A stretch of 64,000 nt of DNA from the IMG/VR virus record IMGVR_UViG_3300031993_000016, one strand, 5' to 3'. Position 1 is the first letter of the stretch. Every line of letters starts with the position of its first letter. The position numbers were made by a program, and so were the translations under genes. This stretch comes from a virus. Lineage: Duplodnaviria > Caudoviricetes. Below, one piece after another: positions 39,244 to 50,376 of the stretch. Below the pieces are notes generated by a model. The model ran no database searches, was not told where the DNA came from, and worked only from the letters and a program-made list of their open reading frames with translations.

Positions 39244-41862
39244 TCAGCTCAACCATGAACCATAATTAACTATTCTATCTATCTTTTTATCTAACCAACC
39301 AGCATCTTGTAGACCTTTACGAAGTACATTTTGATCATGTCCATATGCTTCCCATTCAACTACATCTACTTGATTGCCGAAATAATGCCCCCATTCAGAA
39401 GGAGAATCACCACCCTTTGCATCTGCAATAATTGCATTGAAATAGGTCCCATCTTTGAATACTACTGACACAACATCTCCGACATCACCAAACACCGGTT
39501 TAAGTGCAATCAAATAATATCCGCTAATTGTTGCTACACTATAAGTATTAGGCCTACCTTGTGATGCCCATATATCCGCTAATTTACGCTGTACACCTAC
39601 CCATTCATTAAAGTATTCTGTATAACTAGTATAGTTAGCGATTATACCTGTTTGAGGCACCGAGTCAGGTATTGATACCGCAGTACCTTGAGTCACCTTC
39701 ACACCAGATTGTTTAGTTATTACTTCTTGAGCACTAGCAGAAACGCCAGTAGGTCCTGCATTGCTGTTAACTACAACTACTTGGTTCCAATACTCTTCTG
39801 CATAACCTTGTCGTTCTATAGATTTACGATTAACTTCTGCAGGAAATTCAAAGTTTCTGATAAATGCATCAGTAGCTGTTTTAGCACCCTCAAGTGTATT
39901 AGGTACACTTTGTAATGTATGTAACAAATCAATATAATATGATTGATTAAGCTCTATCCATAAGTATTCAAGTTGGCCTGTTAAATTAGTACTCCAATTT
40001 GTACCAGCAACTTGACGCATAGCGGTATTTCGCTCATTATGCCATTGACATAATCCAAATGATGTACCATAATCACCAACAGCATCTGTTCTAAATGAGC
40101 TTTCAGCACGAATGTTAGCAATTACACCAATAGCTGCAGCAGTGTTTAGACCTTTGCTTAAAAGAAATTCTACAATTTCACGAGGTATTGGATCTAATCC
40201 ATCTATGTTATCAGGACTACCTAAGTATCCATCAGGAACTGCTTCTACAACACCCCCAAGTAACCTAACAAGCACCTGTAACATTGATGTGTAATTGATA
40301 ACAGATAACTTTACACTTGTTAATGATATAGAAGGTTTACAGTCATAAGTCATGTAGCAAACTTCACGAATAGATGCATCCAATCTATCGTTTTCTGTAT
40401 CATATAGATCTCTGCGAATGTAAGATGCAGTACCCGTACCAATTGTTGCAGTGCCGCCTACTTTTGTCCAATCAGGTCGAGCATACCAACCAATACCACT
40501 ACCTGTTCGATTCTTCTCTCTAAATTTGTATTCGCTATTACCGGTATTACCTTCAACAGTATACACGATATCACCTTCGCAATATCTAACAATGCCGATA
40601 TGTTGACCATCCCAATATGGATCACCTGGGTTTTGATAAATGATCAAATCGCCAGCTTGTGGCACAGCGTCTGAATTACCACACATAGGCCCATCAATTC
40701 GAGTACCGCCATATTTTTTGACAATTTGTTCTCCAAATGACGGAGCTACATAATCGTCTCCTGGCATGATTACACCAGCATACCCACAGGCCTTAGCAAC
40801 AGCACAACAAGTAGCTGCGCACCAAGCTTGATTCCCTATGTTGGTCATGGACTGAACCCAAGCATGCCCTCCAGTGCCTACATGACTTTCAGCTTCGGCT
40901 ACAAATTTCCTTGCAGGGTGTTCAGGGCTTGTTATGTCTACAATACTAACAGCATCACCACTAACTGCAGGATTGTATATGAATCCTACAAATGTATATC
41001 CGCTATAATCATCATAATTAGGTGGATATCTTTTAGTAGTCCAAAACCGATTGCTCCACCCTACACGACTAGACCATCCGCTTTCGGATGTAGTTATCGA
41101 AATAACTTTGCCAGTAGCGTCTCGTTCAATTTCTTCTACAATACCTACATGGTTAGGCTTCCATACAATTACAGCACCTAACCTTGGTTGATATGGGTCT
41201 GTAGTTTTTTGATATACTTGCGACTCATCATACCAATCGCCTGCATTACCTGTAGGAAGTGCATCAGGAAATCCATTCATAATCTCAGCAAATCTGCCCC
41301 AAGCATATCCAACACACTGACCTGTTAGCTCGCCTCCACTTAATACACAAGTATGCGTGATAGGTTCTACTGGACAATATACTGTAGCAAATTCATGAGT
41401 ATTATATACATTAGCGATTTCAACAAATTCCTCAGTTGCTACAAGTTTAACACTCATACCTTCGCATAAACATTCGGTAGTAATGATTTGATAGTCTTCT
41501 GCATCAGCTAGATTATATATCAGCCATCTGTGATTTGCGCTAGCTCGATAAGTATGACCATTATTAAATGTAACTGACCAAAGTTCTTGTAACCCAAACT
41601 CGCATATTTGAGCTTTTCGATATATTCCGTCTATAGTTAGAATATTTGGCGATGTATTCACTGCATCTCGTAAACACACATTACCTAAATCTGTCATGAT
41701 TTCAGTATCTCCTGAAAAGCAATTTGGTAACACACAATTATATGTTTGCGATTCTGGAGAGTTACCAATTAGTAATCTACCTTGAGCAAAGTCATAGTTC
41801 CACCACTGTGCAGTAGGTTCTGGAGTTGTTAATCTAGGACTATATCCTGTATTACTTGGCAT
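39244..41862 (-). CDS. Virion-associated peptidoglycan hydrolase: intein-containing CHAP + CHAP + phage tail lysozyme + C-terminal domain
   Basis: N/CVGYAWGRF...HVGIVE...SES; AWCAA...HIGIV...VEGNT; AAIGVIANIRAES...FGLCQW...FEFP. Confidence 0.85.
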   Translation of the reverse strand: MPSNTGYSPRLTTPEPTAQWWNYDFAQGRLLIGNSPESQTYNCVLPNCFSGDTEIMTDLGNVCLRDAVNTSPNILTIDGIYRKAQICEFGLQELWSVTFNNGHTYRASANHRWLIYNLADAEDYQIITTECLCEGMSVKLVATEEFVEIANVYNTHEFATVYCPVEPITHTCVLSGGELTGQCVGYAWGRFAEIMNGFPDALPTGNAGDWYDESQVYQKTTDPYQPRLGAVIVWKPNHVGIVEEIERDATGKVISITTSESGWSSRVGWSNRFWTTKRYPPNYDDYSGYTFVGFIYNPAVSGDAVSIVDITSPEHPARKFVAEAESHVGTGGHAWVQSMTNIGNQAWCAATCCAVAKACGYAGVIMPGDDYVAPSFGEQIVKKYGGTRIDGPMCGNSDAVPQAGDLIIYQNPGDPYWDGQHIGIVRYCEGDIVYTVEGNTGNSEYKFREKNRTGSGIGWYARPDWTKVGGTATIGTGTASYIRRDLYDTENDRLDASIREVCYMTYDCKPSISLTSVKLSVINYTSMLQVLVRLLGGVVEAVPDGYLGSPDNIDGLDPIPREIVEFLLSKGLNTAAAIGVIANIRAESSFRTDAVGDYGTSFGLCQWHNERNTAMRQVAGTNWSTNLTGQLEYLWIELNQSYYIDLLHTLQSVPNTLEGAKTATDAFIRNFEFPAEVNRKSIERQGYAEEYWNQVVVVNSNAGPTGVSASAQEVITKQSGVKVTQGTAVSIPDSVPQTGIIANYTSYTEYFNEWVGVQRKLADIWASQGRPNTYSVATISGYYLIALKPVFGDVGDVVSVVFKDGTYFNAIIADAKGGDSPSEWGHYFGNQVDVVEWEAYGHDQNVLRKGLQDAGWLDKKIDRIVNYGSWLS
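41317..41721 (-). mobile_element. 135-aa mini-intein (Cys1 ... Gly-Gln / Cys+1), no endonuclease
   Basis: Block A CFSGDTEIMT, block B ASANHRW, block F VYCPVEPITHT, block G LTGQ/C; removal restores LPN-CVGYAWGRF. Confidence 0.85.
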
Positions 41863-41874
41863 GAATCTACCTCT

Positions 41875-43125
41875 CTATAACTGCTGTAAGATGCTACTGT
41901 TAGAATCATAGAATTCACGCTGTGCATCTGTGTCAAAAAATGTAGGGTCTAATAAAGTATCTAATTCAGATAAATCGCTAACATGATTTAATGTCCACAA
42001 GAAGAATTTATCTTTGTAACTATCCCAATCAATATATGATAGTTGTAAACCAGTGGCCATTATACCCATTTGATCTTTGTAGCCTAATCTAACTAGACCT
42101 TTCCAATATCTATCCATTATCCCATTGTTAATTTCTTTGTTTCGTCCTAGATCTAAGTATATCCACACACCTAATTGTGGTACTCTAGAACGTATAGGAA
42201 ATGAAAATTGGAATATTTCCTCATCTGCTTCTTTTTGTGTAATGGCTCGGCCATACATGAACAAACCGTACGGCATATTTATTTCTTCTAATGCATCCGC
42301 TTGTTGTGTAAAGTTAGGATTTAAAAATTCTTTGGTACGTCGTCTGTTATCTTCAAACACATATCCAGCTTCAATAACACCACCAATAACACCTGCATCG
42401 TGTAATTTTGAATAATCAATTTTAGAATTTCGTACTAGTGTAACTAAATATGGATTATATTCTGTGTAATCAACCGGTGCCGATTCGGGAGTACCTGTGG
42501 ATGTATAAGAAGCACTTCCATAAAGGTATGTGACTGAATTAGTAACGGTTGCAGCAGTCATCCTACCCTTCTTAGCAAGCGTCAACTGTTCGTTTACTTC
42601 ATTTGCAATCTGATCCATATGCATAAACAGCCAATTACCTGGACAAGATTTGTCCATATTAAACCATCTATGCACGAACATATTCTGTTCTCGAACCGGT
42701 CCACCATCTGCTGCAGCAAGTGCATAATGTATATCATTTTTCCATTTAAGTTCATATATATTATGTCGATAACATATATCTACTAATAGTTTGATTAATG
42801 CTGCATAAGCTTCATTTGTAGGTTGATAAGGCTCATCATCTGTCATACTAGCAACTTCAATTGTAATTGCCCTATGATCAACTCCACAGCTATCTGTACA
42901 CCAAGCACGATTGTCTTCATCAACGTATCCTGCGATTTTTCCGCTAGAGTCTATACCATAGTTAGATGAAGCTTGTGCTTCAGGATTCTGAAACCAAGTA
43001 CCGCAGCTTTCTACAGAAATATTAGCTGCCATAGTATGTATAGCCACAGAATCAATAATATGATTTCTAGGTTTATTACAATGTAGAGAATACATTATTA
43101 CAGATGCATATTTACTAAATCCCAT
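41875..43125 (-). CDS. N-acetylmuramoyl-L-alanine amidase (Amidase_2) + GH25-like domain
   Basis: IHTMA, ASSNYGI, RAW, ITIEVA, VHRWF..KSCPG; second domain PYGLFMY..A...A.EE...YLDL. Confidence 0.85.
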   Translation of the reverse strand: MGFSKYASVIMYSLHCNKPRNHIIDSVAIHTMAANISVESCGTWFQNPEAQASSNYGIDSSGKIAGYVDEDNRAWCTDSCGVDHRAITIEVASMTDDEPYQPTNEAYAALIKLLVDICYRHNIYELKWKNDIHYALAAADGGPVREQNMFVHRWFNMDKSCPGNWLFMHMDQIANEVNEQLTLAKKGRMTAATVTNSVTYLYGSASYTSTGTPESAPVDYTEYNPYLVTLVRNSKIDYSKLHDAGVIGGVIEAGYVFEDNRRRTKEFLNPNFTQQADALEEINMPYGLFMYGRAITQKEADEEIFQFSFPIRSRVPQLGVWIYLDLGRNKEINNGIMDRYWKGLVRLGYKDQMGIMATGLQLSYIDWDSYKDKFFLWTLNHVSDLSELDTLLDPTFFDTDAQREFYDSNSSILQQL

Positions 43126-43128
43126 AAT

Positions 43129-43638
43129 TTATTCTCCTTTGTTGTTAGATAATATAAATTTACTATATCCAGAAACTTCTACTGTTTTACCACTAGGATA
43201 ATTTGAAATTTCTCGAATGTTTAGGGTATCAAATGAATGTTCATTTGCTGCTGATAACGTGTCAGTAAATATGTTTGACGGATCTGCTTTGTACCAAGTC
43301 GTTGCACCTATGCGAACGGGCCATGCTGACTGTGTTAATCTGAGTAACTCTAGATGTACATATCTATCTGCAACACCAATCAATTCACCTGCAGCTACGT
43401 ACTGCCCTGCATGAACATTCATAGATGCCAAATGACCATATACAACACAGAAGGACATCCCAGTTTGTATTATAACTGAATGTCCTAGATGTCCTTGATT
43501 AGCTACTACAACAGTACCATCGTATGCTGTGTAAATAGAATCACCTGATATATCAATTCCGATGTGTGATTGATTAGTTGTGCAACCCTCAATGACTTGA
43601 GACGTTTGCTTAGTGATTACACAGTTTGAAATCACCAT
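43129..43638 (-). CDS. M23 peptidase-like protein (possibly degenerate)
   Basis: HIGID, AYDGTV, YGHL; HxH reduced to YVH; start at 43638. Confidence 0.7.
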   Translation of the reverse strand: MVISNCVITKQTSQVIEGCTTNQSHIGIDISGDSIYTAYDGTVVVANQGHLGHSVIIQTGMSFCVVYGHLASMNVHAGQYVAAGELIGVADRYVHLELLRLTQSAWPVRIGATTWYKADPSNIFTDTLSAANEHSFDTLNIREISNYPSGKTVEVSGYSKFILSNNKGE

Positions 43639-43657
43639 AATGTCACCCCTATTTATG

Positions 43658-45118
43658 TTAATATGATGCACCCGCACCGAGATTCTGGAATGTTGGGTAC
43701 AATGTTCCAAAATCTACTTTATACGCAGATTTTACATTAGTTGTTTGTGTATACGCATTACTTGGGTAGTTACTGCTACCAGATACAAATATATTTTGAG
43801 CCGAAGCTACTTGATTAGCTGAACTCATTGTAAGTCGCTGTAGTTTAAGTGTTGTTATGAATTGATTAGATATTAGATGACTTACTGACATTATATTATA
43901 TACACCGGAAATTGGCGATACAGTATTGCCCACCATGACAAGTAATGTTACTGGTTGAGCTACATCGTATTTCTTTACACTACCAGCAATACTTACTGTA
44001 AAATCACCACTAAACTGTGACGCAATTGCATTGATATCATTTACAATGTTTACCGATTGAAATACTTCTGATAATGAATTGCTCCAGCTGTTTACTACTT
44101 GTTCATCTTGTATAAGTGTATTACCGCTGCCATCAAGTGAAAATCCTACTGATGCAAAATTCATGTCAGTCATGTTATATGCGATACCATTATATGAACC
44201 TGATATAGATAATATATTAGTATCTTTAGTACCATATTGTAATATATCTCCGATATGTGATGTCATTAATCCTGCGTTACTCTTGTAATGTATAACTCCT
44301 GGAGATGTCATTGTCGGCTCATCTACCCAGTAGGAGAATGAAGCACACTGTGGTGAAGTATCTGTTAAACTTTTCTTCATAAATTCTTTGAGCGGTGTAA
44401 CTGTAGTGTTATTGATGAGCTGACTTAGTTTCTTATATGGATAAGTTATGCCAGCAGCATCTCGAGATCCGCTATATGATTTTGATAGTTTTAGCAATCC
44501 TGGAAACGTGTCATAATCATCATCACCGCTCATTGTACCACGCACGTAGCGATTGAAACTTGTAGTCATTGCACCATGACTAATAAGCGTAGGTGCATCA
44601 TTGTGGTCTATATCTAACTCATAGTAGTAATCAGCTTTTACAGCTTTTGCAAGTGCTTCTACTACTGCAGACGGTTGCACAACACCGGTAAGTTCTGGAA
44701 TCCGTAATACAGGCATACTGCTCTGTACAGCCTGTGAAGCATATCCGCTGACTGTATATGTCATATATAATCCAGAAGTAGAAACATTGAATTTAAGCGT
44801 AAATCCTTGATATGATAGATATTCTGCAACTTGACCGTTATCGTCTAACCATCCAAATGCAAATGCAACTGGAACACCCTCAGCTTCAGGATATGCACTA
44901 GCAGCTTGTGCAGCACTATAAAGCAGAGCTTCAAATGCAGCTATATTTATTTTCTTAGAGTCATCTCCACCAACTACTATCTTAAGCTCCCAGTTTGTGA
45001 AACTCGCTATCTCAGAATTTGATAATGCGAGGCTACAAAATGGTGAAGGAATCTCTGCACCGAATTCTGTTAAGCTAGTTCCTGCGATAGAAAATGCTGC
45101 CCAATGTTGTTTCTTCAT
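43658..45118 (-). CDS. Baseplate hub protein (gp27/gpD-like)
   Basis: SGVYNIMSVSHLI...FITTLKLQR C-terminal signature; operon position. Confidence 0.7.
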   Translation of the reverse strand: MKKQHWAAFSIAGTSLTEFGAEIPSPFCSLALSNSEIASFTNWELKIVVGGDDSKKINIAAFEALLYSAAQAASAYPEAEGVPVAFAFGWLDDNGQVAEYLSYQGFTLKFNVSTSGLYMTYTVSGYASQAVQSSMPVLRIPELTGVVQPSAVVEALAKAVKADYYYELDIDHNDAPTLISHGAMTTSFNRYVRGTMSGDDDYDTFPGLLKLSKSYSGSRDAAGITYPYKKLSQLINNTTVTPLKEFMKKSLTDTSPQCASFSYWVDEPTMTSPGVIHYKSNAGLMTSHIGDILQYGTKDTNILSISGSYNGIAYNMTDMNFASVGFSLDGSGNTLIQDEQVVNSWSNSLSEVFQSVNIVNDINAIASQFSGDFTVSIAGSVKKYDVAQPVTLLVMVGNTVSPISGVYNIMSVSHLISNQFITTLKLQRLTMSSANQVASAQNIFVSGSSNYPSNAYTQTTNVKSAYKVDFGTLYPTFQNLGAGASY

Positions 45119-45133
45119 CTATGTTACCTCTGA

Positions 45134-45559
45134 TTATTCACTACCTAAATTCAATGTATTAGGACTTACACTAGCTAAGCACTCACCTTTTTCAAATAGT
45201 TGAGTAATAGATTTAGGTATCATAAGCTTCTGACCTGCATGTACAGTGAATCCATCTTCAATCCCATTGAAATATGCAAGTACCCATGAATAAGAAGCTG
45301 CACCTAATGCTTTGTACGCGATAACATCTAATCGATTTTCTTCGGTTTGAGGTACGATATAATAATTTACTTCTGAATTTGTTTCAAAAGGATTAGGTGT
45401 TTCTAGTGTTATGAATCTGTCTGTAAGCTCTTGTGGATTGTTAACTACTTGTCTCAGACGTCTGTACCTAGAAATATGGCTAAAATCTCGACATACACCA
45501 TATTGAATACCTTTATGCTCTATTATATTGTAAGGCGTTAATGTGTCATACCATTTCAT
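45134..45559 (-). CDS. LysM-type baseplate wedge protein (gp53/gpX-like)
   Basis: RLDVIAYKALG...WVLAYFNGI...GQKLMIP. Confidence 0.78.
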   Translation of the reverse strand: MKWYDTLTPYNIIEHKGIQYGVCRDFSHISRYRRLRQVVNNPQELTDRFITLETPNPFETNSEVNYYIVPQTEENRLDVIAYKALGAASYSWVLAYFNGIEDGFTVHAGQKLMIPKSITQLFEKGECLASVSPNTLNLGSE

Positions 45560-45571
45560 ACACTGAACCCC

Positions 45572-46585
45572 CTAACCTACTAATGGTTTATTTTTCACTA
45601 CATGATAATCAAGTGCTTGTTGTGAAACTTCTGTAATAGTTAAACTTAATTTACAATGTAAGTACCAATTATCACGTTTACCTAACGGCCCGTCCCAACT
45701 CACAGATACATCTGTCATTATTCCTGATATCAGAGGTTTACCTGCAACGTACAATGTAACTTGCGAAGTATACACTGCAGAACCTCGATACTCAGGATAG
45801 CAATTAGCTTCGCAGAATCGAATAAGCTGATTAGCTTTACCGTCACCATGATCTCCTGTCCACATATCTCTATGAAAATCAAATGTATATGTTTGAGATC
45901 GTGGGCCTGAGCTATTGTATATCTGCCAAGGCTCATATTGATAAAGTAAGTCAGGCATTGTAGAGTAGTTTGCTTTAACCCCATCAGAAATTTCTTCAGG
46001 ATATACAGGGAAGTCCATCTTTTCATCGCTAAGTGATGAATATAACGATACCATGCCCCAAGGTATTCTGAACCACTGCATCGGATCACTACCATCACCT
46101 GTACGAAATAACCCACTTATAGATGCTGTTCGAATTGTGCTGTAATCATTAAATATACCAGGATCAACTACATGTGGTATAGACACTAATGACTGTATTA
46201 CTTTATCATAAACCGTTGTTGCAACAGGCTGCCCATTACCTAAGATAGAAGTTGACGCAGGTACTTCTATAGATTCAGGTATTCGTAAGTATCCGAGTAA
46301 CGTGTTTGCAGCTGAAAGTAATTTCCACCCAGAAGTACTAGACAATGCTGCAGTTTCAAATACGTCTGAATCAGATGTTAGTCCGTTCAGTAATGATATC
46401 TTCTTATCATAGCTTATGTCTGTTGCATCTTGAATCTTATCACCGCAAACCTTCCAAAATGCTTCACCTACATTAGGAGTTCGTGGAGTATCGTTCAGAT
46501 GAAGTATACTCTCTACATTTCTAGATCCAACTGCAGCCGCAACATCAGTTAATTTTGTTTTTCTATCAATTGCTAAGAATTGCAT
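45572..46585 (-). CDS. Tail tube initiator-like baseplate protein
   Basis: PEEISDGVKANY...EPWQIYNSSGPRS..FDF...GIMTDVSVSWD. Confidence 0.65.
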   Translation of the reverse strand: MQFLAIDRKTKLTDVAAAVGSRNVESILHLNDTPRTPNVGEAFWKVCGDKIQDATDISYDKKISLLNGLTSDSDVFETAALSSTSGWKLLSAANTLLGYLRIPESIEVPASTSILGNGQPVATTVYDKVIQSLVSIPHVVDPGIFNDYSTIRTASISGLFRTGDGSDPMQWFRIPWGMVSLYSSLSDEKMDFPVYPEEISDGVKANYSTMPDLLYQYEPWQIYNSSGPRSQTYTFDFHRDMWTGDHGDGKANQLIRFCEANCYPEYRGSAVYTSQVTLYVAGKPLISGIMTDVSVSWDGPLGKRDNWYLHCKLSLTITEVSQQALDYHVVKNKPLVG

Positions 46586-46588
46586 ACA

Positions 46589-47176
46589 TTAGCCCTCATT
46601 TACATGTGAGTTATATTCTATATCAGTTAAATTAGCAGCTTTGAGTCTCAATGACTTGATTACATGTGGCTCACCAAACATTGTAGGTGGTCTATGAATC
46701 TTTTTAGCTGGTAACAACTTATTTATCCAATTAACGCTTTCAGCATAGCATGCATCAGCACATTCAACAGTGAATTCATCATAGAGATTATCCGTGCCGA
46801 GTAGCACAAACAAATCATGTAGATCTAGCTGACTTGAATTAACACTCAATACTGCGTTTAACATATAACTATATACCCAATTAGGTAATATGTATGTGTC
46901 ATTAGCTTGTTTCAGTTGATTAAGATGCCAAGCAATCTCGGACACTAGTTTCTTGTAAGGCTCTAGTAAAGACTCATCAATTAATGGATAGTAGTCTCTA
47001 AAGAAGTTGATAGGCGCATCCATACATGCATCATATCCAGCATATGGATCAGCAGAATCATATTCATAAGGTAGAAACGCATCACACATCTCAATATCTG
47101 ATATGAGATGATATGGATAGTTAGGTAAATATCCTAAACTAGATAATCTTATTTTGACAATGTCATGTATAAACAT
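46589..47176 (-). CDS. Hypothetical baseplate-operon protein
   Basis: Coupled ORF with RBS. Confidence 0.7.
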   Translation of the reverse strand: MFIHDIVKIRLSSLGYLPNYPYHLISDIEMCDAFLPYEYDSADPYAGYDACMDAPINFFRDYYPLIDESLLEPYKKLVSEIAWHLNQLKQANDTYILPNWVYSYMLNAVLSVNSSQLDLHDLFVLLGTDNLYDEFTVECADACYAESVNWINKLLPAKKIHRPPTMFGEPHVIKSLRLKAANLTDIEYNSHVNEG

Positions 47177-50100
47177 TAGTCAATTGCACCTCCTATGAAA
47201 TAATGTGGAGTATTAAGATCCCAACAATCAACTGTAGTAGTAGGTGATACACCACTAATATGATCAACTAATTCTGCGTCTGTATAGAATGCAATTGTAC
47301 CGGTTGTTATGTTTGTAGCAGAGATTGGATCATATTTTTGAGTCAATGCTGAGAACTCTGTAGATTTCATCATATAAGCTGAATCAGATGCTACATAATA
47401 GTGTGATACAAATGTACCAGTTACTTTGATCTGATGTGTCATCTTAGTTGCAGGGTAGGTAAGTCCTACACTTTGTGGTAACATAAACTGTGATACAAAT
47501 ACAGATTTACCTTCATCTATGTTAGCTGTAGTAGAATCACCTACAAGCATTCCTACATTTATAATAGAACCATCGTTACCAAATGTTATAGACCTTAATG
47601 CATATGAATAATGATTATCATTTGCATATGTACTATCCCATGGATCAATATCTTCGGTTGTTTCAATTGGGCCTGTAAGCGATACGGTCATACCGTCAAC
47701 TTGTAATTCTGGATCCATATCTGACCATCGTTGATACCAAAGTGACAAGTTACTTATAGTTTCGCAAGCATCTAATACAGTTGCATTATAGTATAAATTT
47801 ACATTCTGTAATATGATTTGAGGAGCCCCTTCAATGTCTTCATCAATTCTGAGCTTATCACAATTTTCAAATACAAGGGTTGTTGCATTAGTAGCGTTAC
47901 CACGAATATGCACATATAAACTAGATTCGTATCGACTTCCAATATCATGTATTGTTATTGTACCCGATTCTTCTGGAAGTGTTAAGTAAAGGTGAATGAT
48001 ATGTGGATCAACTTCTGACTCAATAGCAGATGCAATCTGTGCAGAATTTGGGAAGCATACACGATCATTTACTTCCTCATCTAATATAGATTGTAATTCT
48101 GCAACTGTTAAACCAGCACCTTCACTCCTATCTTGACCCAGCTGATATGCTAATACACCTGTTAGTAATAATTCATAATCCATTACTTTCAGGTAGCCGT
48201 TCTCATCCATCCTAACATATCCGCCACCATAAGCGCCTTCCGGTACATTTACGAATCCACCAACAGATGTTTCGGTAGCTAATGGAACACCACCTGTAAT
48301 CCAAATTGGGTCTAAATAACTAAATCTGTCTTCAGTCAATGCTGGTGTATAATACCAACATGTCCATGTTTCTATATGAGTAGATTCATTGTAGGTACGG
48401 CGTCTGGCAACAAAGTAATCAATGCCAGGCGCACCTTTATACATACCATTAACGAGATCCCATGCATTTGGTAATTCAGATTCATCAGTTACCATACGAC
48501 TATCAAGCTCTACACCACCAGCTAATTGTTCTGGCACTTGTCGAAGCATCTGAGCATACAATTTATCATACTCAGGATCTTGTACATCTATAGGAATACT
48601 AAGAGCAGTAACACCAGTAATTGTAAGTACTTTACCTGGGCCTATTACATACATTGTAGATGGAGATCTACCATTTATTGTAGCACCTACAGTGTTATCT
48701 TGACCTACTAAAACATAATCACCAGGTGACCAAGTCCAGGTAGTAAATACGTTTTTCTTATCAAGCGCTTCATTCACTCGATTAGTTATATATGTCTGTA
48801 AATCTGTTTCTAGACCTACAATACGAGTTGCATAATTAGCAACTGCATCATCTATTTGACTCATCAGTGTTAAAAATTGATTTCTAACAGCTTCTGGAAC
48901 TGTAGATGTTTGGATATTTTGAATATCTGTACTGAGCTGAGTTACAGTAGTACTAAGTGCATTTACACTACTTACAAGTTGATTGAATTCTTCACGAGTA
49001 GGGGCAGTACCACCAGACGACTCTGACTGGCTAAGCTGATTCCATATAGAATTTAACTGAGTCTCTATAGTAGTAAGTCTACTAGTTATGCTATCAATTT
49101 CGCCTGACTGTCGTAAAGCTTCTGGAATGCTATCAGATACGATGCTTGGAATACTGTTGCGAAGCTCTTCTAATTCTGCACGTATCTGGGCAATATCTGA
49201 CTTCAAACCTGATATATCTAATTTGTATTCTGATGCAGCATACGGCCAACGTTCATCTTTTGAAGTTGGAATAACAGGCAAGTCTGCTCGATCATTTAAT
49301 ACTGGGATGTATTGACGCATTCTACCATTTGGTAATCTGTAATATGTATTTATTTTATTTTCAATTTCTAATACTCGCCTAGAATATTCGGGACTTATAA
49401 CACCGCCGTGTCCTGCAAAATCAGCTGCAGGTAATACTAATTGCTTATCTTGAAAGTAAACATGTTGTCCTTGTGTATTGACCATACCGTCTACTTGTTT
49501 GTGTGGAATATTAAGTACTGTCTGACCGGTAGTATCATCATATACAAATGCTGCTTGCGTACTAGGGGCGGTTGTAGAGATGTTTGGGTGCGTATCCCAC
49601 TGCATCAAACTATCAGTAGCATCACACCAAGTATCACGCCCATCAATAGATTCACCATCTGCACTTTTACCTGCGAATACATATAACTTATTCGGATCTA
49701 GTCCAGTTTTAGTAACAAATACATCTGAAAATGTTCCACCCATATTAGAGATTCTATCAGCTGTAATACTGCAGATCTTCTCAGGATTCTGTATCATATT
49801 GCTGATTACACCGTTTCTATAAGTGAATGTTGCAAGTAACAAGTGCATATTTACTTTGCTGAATTCGGTCTCACCAGGTGCATCCTTTGGAAGAATTACT
49901 TTATCTGCAGGTAATATTACTGCTTGGATTCCATTGAAAAACTCACCATGTTCGTCTTCTACAAGTGCAGAACCTGCAAGTGTTTGATAAGTGCTATAAG
50001 CCATGCGAAGACCAATTGCTAATTTACCTTTAAGTGCAGCTATCCCTTCGCGACCTGCATATGTGTTAGCATCATTTAGATCAATAACAATAGGTGTAAG

Positions 50101-50376
50101 AGATTCTACATAATGCCCATTAACTAATGCACGACCTGGTTGAATCTGTACAGCAGTGTTACTTATGGTAACATCTTGTCCATCTTTCTGACAATATACT
50201 GCGAAATCATCCATAGAATGTGCATAAGATGGTCCAATGAAGTATTTAACAGTTGGATCTGTTTGCACGCTTTCACGAGATCTAATATTAAACTCAGACA
50301 TCAATTGACCACCGGCTGATGAGTTAGCTAATGGAAATATATTTGTTGCTCCGACAGGAAATACAACGAAATTCAT
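47176..50376 (-). CDS. Large structural protein with central coiled coil
   Basis: IQPGRALVNGHY N-terminal structural motif; first gene after a class II motif. Confidence 0.7.
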   Translation of the reverse strand: MNFVVFPVGATNIFPLANSSAGGQLMSEFNIRSRESVQTDPTVKYFIGPSYAHSMDDFAVYCQKDGQDVTISNTAVQIQPGRALVNGHYVESLTPIVIDLNDANTYAGREGIAALKGKLAIGLRMAYSTYQTLAGSALVEDEHGEFFNGIQAVILPADKVILPKDAPGETEFSKVNMHLLLATFTYRNGVISNMIQNPEKICSITADRISNMGGTFSDVFVTKTGLDPNKLYVFAGKSADGESIDGRDTWCDATDSLMQWDTHPNISTTAPSTQAAFVYDDTTGQTVLNIPHKQVDGMVNTQGQHVYFQDKQLVLPAADFAGHGGVISPEYSRRVLEIENKINTYYRLPNGRMRQYIPVLNDRADLPVIPTSKDERWPYAASEYKLDISGLKSDIAQIRAELEELRNSIPSIVSDSIPEALRQSGEIDSITSRLTTIETQLNSIWNQLSQSESSGGTAPTREEFNQLVSSVNALSTTVTQLSTDIQNIQTSTVPEAVRNQFLTLMSQIDDAVANYATRIVGLETDLQTYITNRVNEALDKKNVFTTWTWSPGDYVLVGQDNTVGATINGRSPSTMYVIGPGKVLTITGVTALSIPIDVQDPEYDKLYAQMLRQVPEQLAGGVELDSRMVTDESELPNAWDLVNGMYKGAPGIDYFVARRRTYNESTHIETWTCWYYTPALTEDRFSYLDPIWITGGVPLATETSVGGFVNVPEGAYGGGYVRMDENGYLKVMDYELLLTGVLAYQLGQDRSEGAGLTVAELQSILDEEVNDRVCFPNSAQIASAIESEVDPHIIHLYLTLPEESGTITIHDIGSRYESSLYVHIRGNATNATTLVFENCDKLRIDEDIEGAPQIILQNVNLYYNATVLDACETISNLSLWYQRWSDMDPELQVDGMTVSLTGPIETTEDIDPWDSTYANDNHYSYALRSITFGNDGSIINVGMLVGDSTTANIDEGKSVFVSQFMLPQSVGLTYPATKMTHQIKVTGTFVSHYYVASDSAYMMKSTEFSALTQKYDPISATNITTGTIAFYTDAELVDHISGVSPTTTVDCWDLNTPHYFIGGAID

